Shown here: piece by piece, positions 40,045 to 51,300 of the stretch
Layout of the letters: every line of letters starts with the position of its first letter
How positions within the stretch are numbered: the first letter of the stretch is position 1
Origin: Lingula anatina
Taxonomy: Eukaryota; Animalia; Brachiopoda
Reading direction: 5' to 3'
Assembly (NCBI GenBank): GCA_051362555.1
Contig: CM120645.1
Span: 2,542,001 to 2,606,000, forward strand
DNA length: 64,000 nucleotides
Notes under the pieces: model-generated
Database searches by the model: none
The model's input: the letters and a program-made list of their open reading frames with translations, nothing else
Told to the model about the DNA's origin: nothing
Position numbers and translations under genes: made by a program

Positions 40045-43000
40045 ATCAGGGATGAAAACTGTTTGTCTCACTTAGTATATGTTTACAAAGGTTTTTTCCT
40101 CCAGCCCTCTGGTTTATCTTACAAAAACAAATTTAGCCCCCCCAAAAAATTAAGCCCCAAAAATTGGTCTGCATTCTTTTTCTGTACATGATAAAGCCAT
40201 GGCAGTCCATGTTAATAACCATGTAATTTTTTTTATATATATATTTTATAGATAATTTATCAATTTCATCAAATGATTAGGTCAAGTAGGCTAAACCCTT
40301 GGTCTGACAGTTTAGACCAGTTTTTGTGAAACAGGTCCCTGGTTTTCAGTCTAATGCAATGTAAAACACATTCTTCACATCACACCTACCACATTCTACT
40401 CCAATTTTCTCTTAGATTGTGGTAGGTGCTTTAGATTTTCAAAAACTTTTTTCTGATATTTTAACTTTTCTAGATTTATTGCTTTGTCAGACTCTCACAA
40501 CAATTTACTTTCAAAGTCAGATCACTTGAAACAGATTTGAATGAGCTATTCTAAATATTACCAAAAACTCATGTTGTTCAGACATAATTGACATAATAGT
40601 ATATAAATATATTTTTTCTATTGAAAGAGTAAAATGTTTTTACACAAGTTTTTACTTGTCTAGATTTTGCCAAATAAAAAGATGTACGTCATTTAGGTAA
40701 GAATAATTTGATACGATTAAATGGAAAAAGGAGATAAAGAGCGAACAAATTTTGTGACCTCCACATCATTTGTTCTTCCAGGACTGCCCCGCTGGACTGA
40801 ACTTTGCCAATGAGAATGAGGCCGAGCGTTTCCAGAAGGCCGTGGAGGTGAAGCTGCAGGAGAAGGCCAGGAGGAGGACTGGTACGATAGGAATATTCAT
40901 TGAGTTTCAGGGATAATCCTGGGCCGCGCGATTGCGCCAAATGCGCGACCCTTTTCTGAAAGGCGCAAGTAAAATTTTAACCTGCGCCATACGGGCGCGT
41001 ACAAAAAGCATGCGCTTTTATTTTCTTAGTAAAGATCTACGTACATCATGGTGTCGCTCGAAGTACGCGTAGCGATGCTGTTAGGGCTGACACATGACCC
41101 GTTTCACAAAAAGTATCGAAATTGAAACAGTCCTAGCTCTTGCGCTAGGGAAACTTCATAAATAGGTGGACAACTTTTCAAGACAGTACCATTTATCGCG
41201 TATTTTGACTGTGAATAATCGTTGAACAACAATAAATAAAAAAAAGAAAAAATATGAAGTTTTTCCCCTTAACCCTAGTTTTACTTCGATTACGGCAGGG
41301 GTAATCCTAGAGATTACGGATACAATTCAATTCAACATAATGGCAGCAAAATATCTGCACTTCTTGAAAGGCTGTCATGAGCTGTCAAAACGTGTGAATC
41401 AGCGAACCGATGTCGAGTTTTATTTTTTAAATAAGATTCAGTAAGTATCTTCAATTACATTAAATCTGAATATCTTGGAAAAGGTATGTCTTATTTTAGG
41501 GTCTTGTTTATTTGATCTGTGCTTTTAAATATCAGGGTTTAGTTGAGTTTTTGAATTTAGTCATTTAAAATCTTTGACAGATAAAATGAGGTAAGCGGCC
41601 TTTTTGGTGCCCCTTAGTGAGAGAGTGCGAAATACGTTCTTCAGCACGTGATGGCTTCTAATAAAAAACCAACTCGGACAACGCTGAATTTTCGGAAAAA
41701 AACTGATACTGACATCGACAATGCTGAAACTCTAGATGAACATTGTGAAGCTGAGAGTCAGACTAGCGCTACCATCGAGGCACAACATGAAACTATCGCT
41801 GGGGTAAAGCCTAGATCACTTCAACAAAGATGGCTGAAATTATACACGTGGCTTAGGTATGACCAAAAAGAAAAAGATATAATGTGGTGTGACAGCTGCA
41901 GTATCGAAGGAAATGCTGCTACTAAAATGCCAGCAGTAAAGGACTTTGCCAAGAAGACCGAGGAAATATATAACCATTTCAAGAAAAGCCCCCAGAACGT
42001 GTCCATTTTTACAGAAATACAAAAGGTGTTGGATGAACCACTTTTGAAGTGCAGGTAAATTTTGTAGGAACAGGATTTTTGGAACAATATGATAAATTTA
42101 TTATGATTTCACTTTTTTTATCATGATTGATATATTAAATTATAATTACCTAAATCATGTCTTAAAGTAAAAATAGCATATTTGTTTTTTTGATAAGTGA
42201 TTGTAAGTTGTTTGAAAAAAAAAAGCTATTTACTCAAACCTGAAAAAAGAAGTGCAATTAATTCCAGTTTAATATCAATAAGTGTCATTATTTTTTTGGT
42301 GAATAGTCATGTCTGGTCATGATGTATTTTTTTTTTTAATTTTTTTTTATAACTAAACAGGGAGGTGCATCAGATCAGGTGGCTCTCTTTCATGGAAGCT
42401 GTAGATGCCATAGTGTGCACTCTGGGATCACTCATCACATACTTTAATATCACTACATCTGCAAAAGATCCCAAATCTTCTGGTATGAAAAAGAAGGTGG
42501 CCAATGAGATGTTCATTATGGTGACTCATGGGATGCTAGATGTTCTGCGTCCTGTCATTACACTTAGCCAAATTACTCAACGCAAGGATCTGGACATTGG
42601 AGTTGTAAAGGTGATTAATTATAGGAAATTATTCAATCTTGTCAATGCAGTCAGCCTAAGTTTGTAATATATTACGATTTTTTTAAATTTTATTTATTTC
42701 TTTGCAAATGGTAAGTTGGTATAACTCTTTTTTTTTTTTTATTTGGATATATTTGCATTTAATAATAATAAACATGACTATGTCCATGGTTCTTTTCCAT
42801 ATTTCCCTAAGCTATGCTTTGTTCATCCAATGCCACTTATTATTTTCAATTTTCAGTTTGAAATTGATGCCTGTGTTGGGAGGTTAAGAGAGTTAAAGAG
42901 AGGTGAAAATCCCCTGGAAAGGCCAACTCACTTAAAACTGGCACAAGACGAGCTCAAAGAAGAAGGGGGGCAGCTTTTTTTTACAAAGATCACAAAGTGT

Positions 43001-46000
43001 CCAAAATGAATTCAAAGACACAGTTCTCTGGTGCTTTTACAGCCTATGTTGATACCATCCTTAGAAATATAGAAAAAAGGTATCACCAGATTAATTTTAT
43101 TGTTCATTAATATAATAACAATAATCAAGAATGTACTTTGGTAATTATGTAGTTGCTTAACTTTTGTAATGAACATTTACAGAATCCACAAATGGTTACC
43201 CCAGCAATGGTTGTCCAGTGAGCACGTTATCAATAAGAGTGAACAGCCACTATGGGGACGACAATGATCTTTTTCTCTACAAAAAAAAAAAGGACTCCTA
43301 ATGTTAAGTAAACAATACCCTGTCTTTCATTTTTCACCATTCAACAATGGCACTGTTAAAATCAAAGTGAATTAATCCGCCCCCTTCTATCATGACCCTC
43401 ATCAACATGTCACAATTTTCACTTGATAATCTGTTTCTAAGAGGTGTTGTCACACGGTTTTGAGAGCTTAATGCTCTTCCGCAGTCAGCTGTATGAACTG
43501 GATGGGAGAGAGCATGGGTTGCAATCTTAACAAGATTAGGGAAGCCCTGGCTGTGATACTGCATCAGAATGTTCCAAAGAGAGACCCAAGGAGTGTCTTG
43601 GATACTTCTGTTGGATAACAAGCTGCTTTAACTTAGCCCATTCCTCTCTGGCACCATCTGCATCCATAATGGCTGAAGATGTGGTCGTGACAGATACATT
43701 ATCTTCGTCTTTAAAGACATGACTTTTGTCCTTGCCAAAATATTCCAATAGATACTCTAGGCTGTCATTGCCCCAGTCAGACACCTCTTCAGCTGTGAGA
43801 AATGTGATGAGTCTAAGTGCAAGCACTGACAAAGAGGTCATAAAATCTACATCCGGAAATCTGTGAAAGTGTGGATAACCTCATATTATAATCATCTACT
43901 TGGTATATTTAGAATTTATGTAAATATTTTGTATTTAACCATTTGTGGATTCTGTAAATGTTAATTACAAAAATTAAGCAACTACATAATAACCAAAGAA
44001 GATTCTTGATTATTGTTATTATATTAATGAACAATAAAATTAATTTGGTGATACCTTTTTTCTATATTTCTAAGGATGGCATCAATGTAGACCTAATGGA
44101 TGTTTAAAAACTGTAATAACCAACCTTGTTAATATGCCTGGGAAATTTCTTCTTTAATAAAAGATTTGGTAGCATCAAGCCTTTTTTGTGTTTTTTTTTA
44201 AATCATATAAAAGCATTGAAATGTAATAACTTAATACTATGGCACACAATTTTTTAAAATGGCCCACTTTTTTTGACCAAGTGGGCCAAAATGGCCCAAC
44301 CAGATTTTGACCCAGGACGATCCCTGGAGTTTGTTACTTTACTTTCTTCATGAGTTGTTACATTGGTGTGGTATATTTTAGATGTTTTTTCACTGCTTTA
44401 AATGTGTGCTTTTATTTACTTATTTAATAAAAAAAAAAGTAGAGCAATAAAAATCCAGACAATCTTGACAACATTTCATATTGTAGAAAACTGTAATTCT
44501 TCAGTAAAAAGGGTTTTTCATTTTCCCTTTGTGTAGTGATGAGGACGACTTTGAGGGAGATTCAAAACAAATCTGATAGTTAAAGAAAAAGCATCATTGG
44601 TCTGTCTCTTCAAAATTGATTTACTTTAACAGCAGTTCTCGTCTTTCTTATCTTTCAGAGCGTAGGAAGACAGTTCAGCCCCCACGTAACCAGGGCACCC
44701 CAGCTGTCCCTCCTCCAAGCACCACACGTACATAGTCTATATACTCTTACAATAGTTATGATATGCGTTCAAATAATAACAGTTATTTTAAAATAATACT
44801 GTCTTACCAGGCCAATGTTTTTTTTAACAATGAAAAGTGTTGTTTTTGAAAAAAAAAAATTAAAAAAACCTTATCATTTTTAAATGTTGAGAACATTGAA
44901 TCACTGAGGGGCCTTTTTTCGTGGAGGGGTAGATATTGAATCAAGTTTATCATCTTGTCCAATATTACAACTTACATCTAGAACTTTTTTTTTTTTATTA
45001 TGACAATTTCGACCTCTCCATTCCAGCCTCCCTGTCTGTGAGCACCACCAGCCTGGATGATACCAAGACACTGAAGAAGAAGAAAGACAAGGACAAAAAA
45101 GGAGGGAAAAAGGCAAAGTTTACCAAGGAAGATATTGGTTTGCCATCTGATTTCAGGTAAATTTGACACCACCATCATTAAAAAGATGTAATTGCAGTTT
45201 GAAAATTTGCTAAGCATAATGTAGAAGACATTTCTAAATCTTATGTTATAACTGAAAAATTGGATTCCTTAGTAGACTTCTTACTAATTAGATGATATAT
45301 ACTATTGTGCATGCAGAAATTTGAGGCAAAATAAGATTCTTATTGAGTGTTTGCTTGGAGTACATCTCTGCCTTCACTTCCTCAAAGATAACATGTCTGG
45401 ATTTGATGGATTAGTTATATGCATTGGTTTGCAAATAAAACATTATAAAAAGTCTCAGTAGCCAGAGATACAGATATATTTTGTGTATTTGTTCATGTGT
45501 TGACTTGTTCAGAGTTTTGCTGACCAGGTAGCATAGACATCATATCATATTGGCCCTTAGGTAAGATGGGTCCAAAAGAGGTGTTCTTTTGGCTCAGAAG
45601 AGGTCCATACTGAATTGAAAAATTGTCTCAGGTTTTGAGAGAACAGGTTCCTTGGTAAATATGGTCCAAATGTTCAGAAAAGGAAACCCCTTTCTTTGAG
45701 ATTGCTGGCAGCAGGTCTGTAGATTCTTCATTCAATATAACTCCTTCCTTGCTTTGTTTGCAGGCATGTCAGCCATATTGGATGGGATCCTAACAGTGGA
45801 TTTGACGTAAGTAGGAATGATTCTTTCTGGTATTTTGAAAGGTGCACAAGGTAATATGATTGATTGATTTCAGTAAAGTTGGATGCAGAAATGCTTCCGT
45901 TTTAATGCCCAACCAAAAAAAAGTGATAAAATAATAAAAGCTGAAATCTGTGGTTGTGTATGAAGTAAAAACCTGTATTTCTTGGTGAGATTGATTTTCC

Positions 46001-47816
46001 TAAAATTCTAACATCAGCTTTATTTTAATTTGGAATTTTGCAAACTAGAGAAAAAAAACCATTCATTTGCTGATAAATAAACTATAATACGACATTTTAA
46101 AAGAAATTTCTACAGTTTGAGAACATCATTTATATCTGTGTATAATGCTCTTACAGACGGAGAAGCTGGATCCGGACATGAAAGAATTATTCAGTTCAAT
46201 TGGCGTCCAAGATACTGACCTCAAAGACAAAGACACAGCCAAGTTCATCTACGACTTTGTTGAGCAACATGGCGGCTTTGATGCCTTAAAGCAGGAGATG
46301 AAAGGGGGTAGACCACCCGCACCCCCGCCAGGTTAGTGCCAGTCCAAATGTTATACAGTAATCATTTGTCATTTTTAAATGCCTCTATAATTTACTTATT
46401 TTCAGGATTTGTGATTTTCAGACACTCACAACAATATATACTTTGACACAGTATTTTCTATTTTCAGGGGCTGGTCCACCACCACCGCTACCTTCCAGAG
46501 CTGGGATGCCACCCCCTCCCCCTCCCTCCAGAAACATGGGAGCACCCCCACCCCCTCCCTCCAGGGCAGGCATGCCACCTCCGCCCCCACCCTCAAGGGA
46601 TGGCAGACCCCCGCCTCCCCCAGGTGGGCGAATGGGAGCCCCACCTCCCCCACCCCCATCACGAGGAGCCATGCCCCCTCCTCCACCCCCATCAATGGGG
46701 GTCCCACCCCCACCACCCCCGCCTGCCATGGGTGGTCCTCCCCCTCCTCCTCCACCCCCTCCTCCAGGTGGGGGTCCACCACCACCACCACCCCCTCCCC
46801 CTGGTGCCCCCCCACCCCCCATGGGTCCCCCAGGTGGAGGGGGTAGAGGGGGACTGCTGAGCCAGATACAGACAGGTACCACTCTAAAGCACGTGGACCC
46901 CAATGCCCCCAAACCAGCAGGACCTGTAGACTCCAGGGGAAACCTGCTGGACTCCATACGAGGCTTCCAGAAGGGAGGGCTGAAATCTGTGAGTACTGCG
47001 AGATTCAAATGAAATAAAATCATTATGATGAAAAGTTGATGGTTTTTGGGAAACTATATCTGGATTTTGTTTCACAAAGTTGAAAATTCATCAGAATGTG
47101 GAAATGTATCATGTGATCATGGTGAAAGGTAGTTTTATTCTCAGTTTTAGGTTGCAATTATCAGAACATCAATTGAGTAAATAGATGATCTTCATTAAAG
47201 TCAGCAGAAAGTTTTCATTTATTGATTTATTTATTTATCAGGTTGAGGATAATCCCAATGAGCGTCCCAAATCAGCCACCCCAGAGGATGGAGGGGGAAT
47301 AGCGGCTGCCTTGGCCAAAGCTCTGGCCAGTAGGAAAAATATTATACAGGGATCAGGTATGTTTGTCAAAAGGGGTTTAGGGTTCACCCCCCTCCTCCCT
47401 CCCCCTCCCCCTCCCCCCCCCCCCCAAAAAAAACAAAATAATAATAATAATAAAAAATATATATATATATATATAAAGATTAAAGATTATTTAAATAAAT
47501 TAAAATTGTTGGATAAAATCATTGGTAAATTTTATGAAATTATTTAAAAGATATTTTACCTATATTTTCACCAAATTTAAGAGCCAAAAAAGTAGTACGG
47601 TAAATGAATAGTGAACATTTCTTTTAGCCTCACTAAAAATTGCACTGGAGTTTAATGTACTACAGTTAGCACACATAAATGGTAAAATATTTTACATTTT
47701 CTACAGCCAAATTAGTGTATGCAAAAGTAGTTACATGTAATTTTATATTTTCAGATGATGAGGAAGATGAGGAAGAAGATGAAGAAGATGATGATGAAGA
47801 CTGGGATGATGACTAA
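18943..47816 (+). CDS. WASP: Wiskott-Aldrich syndrome protein family member (WASP/N-WASP-like), 11 exons, ~515 aa
   Basis: Exons 18943-19047, 24484-24624, 39876-39962, 40782-40881, 44659-44727, 45027-45156, 45764-45806, 46157-46331, 46468-46988, 47242-47356 and 47755-47816 join in frame (1548 nt) with GT-AG introns. Domains: WH1, basic region, CRIB (IGLPSDFRHVSHIGWD), polyproline, two WH2, central helix, acidic DEDWDDD end. Confidence 0.95.
19285..20219. mobile_element. Foldback/MITE-type non-autonomous DNA transposon (429-bp arms, 77-bp spacer)
   Basis: 19285-19713 is the reverse complement of 19791-20219 with only about 2 mismatches seen. Flanked by the direct repeat CAGGCAAG (19277-19284 and 20220-20227). 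Confidence 0.9.
24484..24624 (+). CDS. WASP: WASP exon 2 (WH1)
   Basis: TVATAVVQVFLA...WSKRCTGVAMFIKDNEKRSYFIRVYGL; CAG acceptor, GTAGGT donor. Confidence 0.92.
25343..25513. mobile_element. Small MITE-like element with 13-bp TIRs
   Basis: TGGGGTAGCGCTA (25343-25355) and TAGCGCTACCCCA (25501-25513), with internal TTAGCCAA/TTGGCTAA motifs. No clean TSD. Confidence 0.55.
30258..30317. repeat. (CA)n microsatellite
   Basis: Direct reading. Confidence 0.9.
32709..34905 (+). mobile_element. Helentron-associated non-autonomous element (HINE/DINE-1-like) with internal tandem arrays, copy 1
   Basis: 5' T-run, then hairpin/subTIR TGTACAGACAC-AGAT-GTGTCTGTACA and a (GTCGCC)n microsatellite. Internal ~160-bp and ~337-bp repeat arrays. 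3' subTIR TGTCTGTACA, then a short hairpin GACAGCTTTGCTGCC and TTGTT. No TSD; inserted in a T-run. Confidence 0.75.
36667..36708. repeat. Poly-T tract
   Basis: About 42 consecutive T. Confidence 0.85.
38938..39090. repeat. Degenerate ~21-bp minisatellite (GGGATGAGTTCACTTGGGATA)
   Basis: About six imperfect copies of GGGATGAGTTCAC. Confidence 0.7.
39876..39962 (+). CDS. WASP: WASP exon 3 (WH1)
   Basis: TQGLLWEQELYNGFKYKTPRPYFHTFDTD; donor GTAAGT. Confidence 0.92.
39983..40033. repeat. (AG)n microsatellite followed by a G-run
   Basis: Direct reading, 20 bp downstream of WASP exon 3. Confidence 0.9.
40782..40881 (+). CDS. WASP: WASP exon 4 (end of WH1)
   Basis: DCPAGLNFANENEAERFQKAVEVKLQEKARRRT. 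Confidence 0.92.
41651..43079 (+). pseudogene. hAT transposase remnant, exons 41651-42054, 42361-42610, 42857-43079
   Basis: Spliceable GT-AG exons. The sequence appears to jump from the half zinc finger directly to the region before RWLS, implying loss of the catalytic core. Frameshift near the T-run at ~42975. Confidence 0.75.
43334..43860 (-). pseudogene. Inverted terminal exon of the hAT transposase (C-terminal dimerisation domain)
   Basis: Minus-strand acceptor CACAG| then (R)FPDVDFMTSLSVL...AREEWAKLK, a frameshift, then FPNLVKIATHALSHPVHTADC...RNRLSSENCDMLMRVMIEG. Confidence 0.75.
44659..44727 (+). CDS. WASP: WASP exon 5
   Basis: (E)RRKTVQPPRNQGTPAVPPPSTT; phase-1 symmetric exon with a good acceptor and a weak donor (GTACAT). 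Confidence 0.7.
45027..45156 (+). CDS. WASP: WASP exon 6 (basic region, start of CRIB)
   Basis: KKKKDKDKKGGKKAKFTKEDIGLPSDF. Confidence 0.9.
45764..45806 (+). CDS. WASP: WASP exon 7 (end of CRIB)
   Basis: HVSHIGWDPNSGFD; donor GTAAGT. Confidence 0.92.
46157..46331 (+). CDS. WASP: WASP exon 8 (GBD)
   Basis: TEKLDPDMKELFSSIGV...TAKFIYDFVEQHGG. Confidence 0.92.
46468..46988 (+). CDS. WASP: WASP exon 9 (polyproline and two WH2)
   Basis: PPPPPPSR repeats; LLSQIQTGTTLKHV and LLDSIRGFQKGGLKS. Confidence 0.92.
47242..47356 (+). CDS. WASP: WASP exon 10 (central/C region)
   Basis: GGIAAALAKALASRKNIIQGS. Confidence 0.92.
47755..47816 (+). CDS. WASP: WASP exon 11 (acidic Arp2/3-binding tail)
   Basis: DDEEDEEEDEEDDDEDWDDD followed by TAA. 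Confidence 0.92.
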
Positions 47817-48317
47817 GTTACTGTAAAGAGACTTGTTACTCAATGAGAGATGTTTTTGATTCAGACTAAGTTTGTGAGGAATTGTGATGAAGGATCAAGA
47901 TTCTTATGATAAAATGGACATTTCATCTTGTTTATTTATTGATTGATTTTTGAACTTTGTGTAATATTAACTTATCTTATGAAACTATAAAGAATTATAA
48001 CGATACACAGTGCTCATCAGTTATTTTTCAATCTGGGGTAAGGTCGTGAAGTAAAATTTGCCTTGTTAATTTTCATCAATTTGTTTCTTCATCTTTCAGT
48101 TGTGATAAACTGAATATGATATGAAAAGCACTATTCATGTTAATGTGAATGAGTATGCTTCTACAGGCTTTGCTTATAACTAATGACTTATATTGAGATG
48201 AAGGTCATTTGTAAATGGTCCCAAGTAAATGACCTTGACCTAGATATATGCCATGGTTACTGTTATTACCCAGAGAGTGGTTGTGAAACTTCTTATACAG
48301 GAAATGTTTATGCTTAA

Positions 48318-51300
48318 TAGGTGAGCGGCAAAACCCCAAAAAGTGCTTTATTTAAGGAGTTTAGTGTCCCCTTTATACACAGACCTGAATTATATATCAT
48401 TTGAAAGCTCAGAGTCTGCTGGTCAAAGTTAGCCATGATGTGGAAATGGCAATTGCCTGCGTAACCATGGAAACGGACAATTTCCAAGATGGCCGCCTGT
48501 TTTTTTGCATTTTTTCTAAAAATACAAATCATTGATAAACATACCTAAAACATTGTCTATCATCTAACCTTTACATGTTTTGTGATGAAGGAGGTTATGG
48601 GCTAAAAAAAACACCATACCAGAATTTCAAGATGGCCGCCGTTTTCAAGATGGCCGCCATTGTTTGTGAAATATTGGTCAAATTTTCTCATTTTATTCCA
48701 AAACTTTACATATAAAATCAAAACCACAATGTTCATATAACCTTTATTGCCTGGATTACATAAAGTAGTTATTATTACATTACATTGTGGCATTTGGTTA
48801 AATTTGGGAGAGGTTTAAGCAGTCAATTTTCAAATATTCAAAATGGCTGCCATGAAATGCAAATTTCCATGATGTGGACTTTAGTTCAGCTAAATCATCA
48901 CAAAATATTTTTAAATGCCAAACTCACACATATATTAGTGCTAGATGCTTGATGCTACATGATGCTTCATACAACCTTTTCAAAATGGCCACCATTTTCA
49001 AGATGGCGTCCATTTTCCTGTTAAAATTCACTAAAATAGCATTTTCCAAAGGCAAAATTTATACAATAAAAAAAATCATACAAAATATAAAAACAAAAAA
49101 CCTCAAAAATTTAAAATAAGTTTTTGGCTTTGAATTGATGTTGTTTTATAAGATTTTAATTGTTTTTTTAATATGATAAATGCAAATTTAAATGTCATTT
49201 AAACGAAATGACATTATTTACACATTTTATGCTGGTGACTTCCTGTCAAATTCTCACATGAAAGTAAACAGCATGCAACAAATTATATCACTCTTCTAAC
49301 ATTGCTTTGAAGAATGCTGTGTGTTTCCCAAATTAAAAAAAACTACCAGTTAACTTCAAAATGACAGCCAAATTCAATATGGCCGCCCATGTTAAATTAT
49401 CATTCTTATTTTTTGTATTGCACCTTTGTGGATTATCAATGTTAAAATTACTATTTTAAATATTTTGATACTTTCTATTTAATAAAGAGATTTTATTATG
49501 GTAATATTTAAGAGGAAATAAATATAAGGTACCAAATATAGCAGAAAAATGACAATGACACCTCTATCATATCTATATTGTTTTCACTTGTAGTTGTGTT
49601 TTTTTTTTCCATAATCCCCTTATGCAGGTCAGATTCCATAAAAAAAAGCTTTTGTCAGCAAGATATGAAATTGTCGGGGTTATGTGTTAATTTTTTAATG
49701 TCAAATTTAAAAAAAATAGAACACAAATACTAGCTTTGATTACTAAAACAATAATTAGGCATAATTAGTAATGGATACACTGAAAAAGGGATATAGGAAC
49801 CCTCCTATGCATATTGTTTATCATTATCATTATAATGCCAAATCATCCACGTACATTTGATCTATTCTTTTCAGTATATCAAATGCTGACACAGCTTCTT
49901 GGATTGTTTTCCATACATTTAGAATGTTAATAACAATTTGGATTCTCCAAAATGCTATGGCAGGTAACATGAGGTGACAACTTTATTAGGTTCTTAGATA
50001 AAGATGATTTGATTGCAAGGGATGCTGTATATCATGCATCCTGTCTTTCCTCTTACAGGGTATATAAGTACTAGTAAAACCAATCTGACTTATCACCCCT
50101 CAATTAAATCTGGTAATCTATATGATGTTGCAGTCTATCAACTGATAGCAGAAATAGATTATGACCTGATGGCAAACAATAAAGCTTTTACACTACTAGT
50201 ATCTAGCCTTCTTGACAGGTAGAGATTTCTGCTCCTTTCTAGTGTGGCGTCCAACTATCGAGGTGAAAAGCTCAAAATGAGACTACAAAGCATTATGGTG
50301 ATGCTGTTTCATTTCTTGTATAATACGGACAAGGGAAGTCCACTAGCTGTTATGTGTTGTAGTAAGATTTCTTTAGGTGACACTATCAAAGCTGCCCAAA
50401 GAATCATACAAGACCTGAGCTCATCAATCTCACTAGATCCATAAGATACAGTGACAGAAGATGCTGATCACTTGTCTTCCAATTAATCAATGTATACAAA
50501 GCAGTTTCTATCTTGAAAACACAGAAAAAAAGGTCTTTCAGAATACTACCCCTTACCAAGTGACATTAGTCTCAGAAATTAAACCTATTTGTCCCAGATT
50601 TGCTTTAAAGTTTGTTTTTTGGATTAACCAACTTAGATGCATTTAATGCAGCGAGCAGTGAGTTTCCATCATCTGATGGTGTACACAGAAGATGCCTGGC
50701 TATTGCTGAATGCATATGTTCAGCTGTTGCAAAGTTCTTCCACCTCTACAAGTAGGACTTGCTGCACAATGATTTTGGGTCTTGTAGTTTGATAGATACC
50801 TTTCACAGCCACGGTTTTTGCATCTCCTATGGTGATATAAGAAGGATTAATGACATACATTGCTGAGTTAGAAGTAGAAAGGCAGCAAGATGGTGTCTAC
50901 ATTCCACATGACATTGTGTCACGCTGTGATGGTGGTCATATTATCCATGAGGGTGACAACAACATTGACATTAGTGCAGAAACTACGGATGGGAAAACAC
51001 CTTCCATGCTATGGTGAGCCAGTAGTTTTTCAAAAGCAAGTTCTACACCTCCCTGTGAGTACGTAAAAGAATCCCATTAGAAGTTGGGAAGTCCAAGTCA
51101 CTTGCTCTCTCTGATAAATTCAATCCACCAATGGAATGCACACCTTTTTAGAAACCTAAGACACTTGCTGAGCCACCAAGAAGAGAGGTTTTAGAACAGC
51201 TCAATGATTACAAAGAGAATGTAATGCAAGTTAATGTTATTGCATGGAGTCTTTTATGAATGTCCCATCGGAATCTCCTACCTGTAAACAATAAAGTTTA

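Larger units (their letters stand above)
40908..44326 (+). mobile_element. hAT-superfamily DNA transposon (ZNF862-like transposase), internally deleted and rearranged
   Basis: Imperfect TIRs CAGGGATAATCCTGGG / CCCAGGACGATCCCTG and a 6-bp direct repeat GAGTTT (40902-40907 and 44327-44332). Transposase remnants include WLRY..MWCDSC, EVHQIRWLS and PVHTADC.RALSSQNRVTTPLRNRL. Confidence 0.85.

Noticed and set aside
46418-47023. Gly-rich 201-aa minus-strand ORF
   Set aside because: Antisense reading of the WASP polyproline exon.
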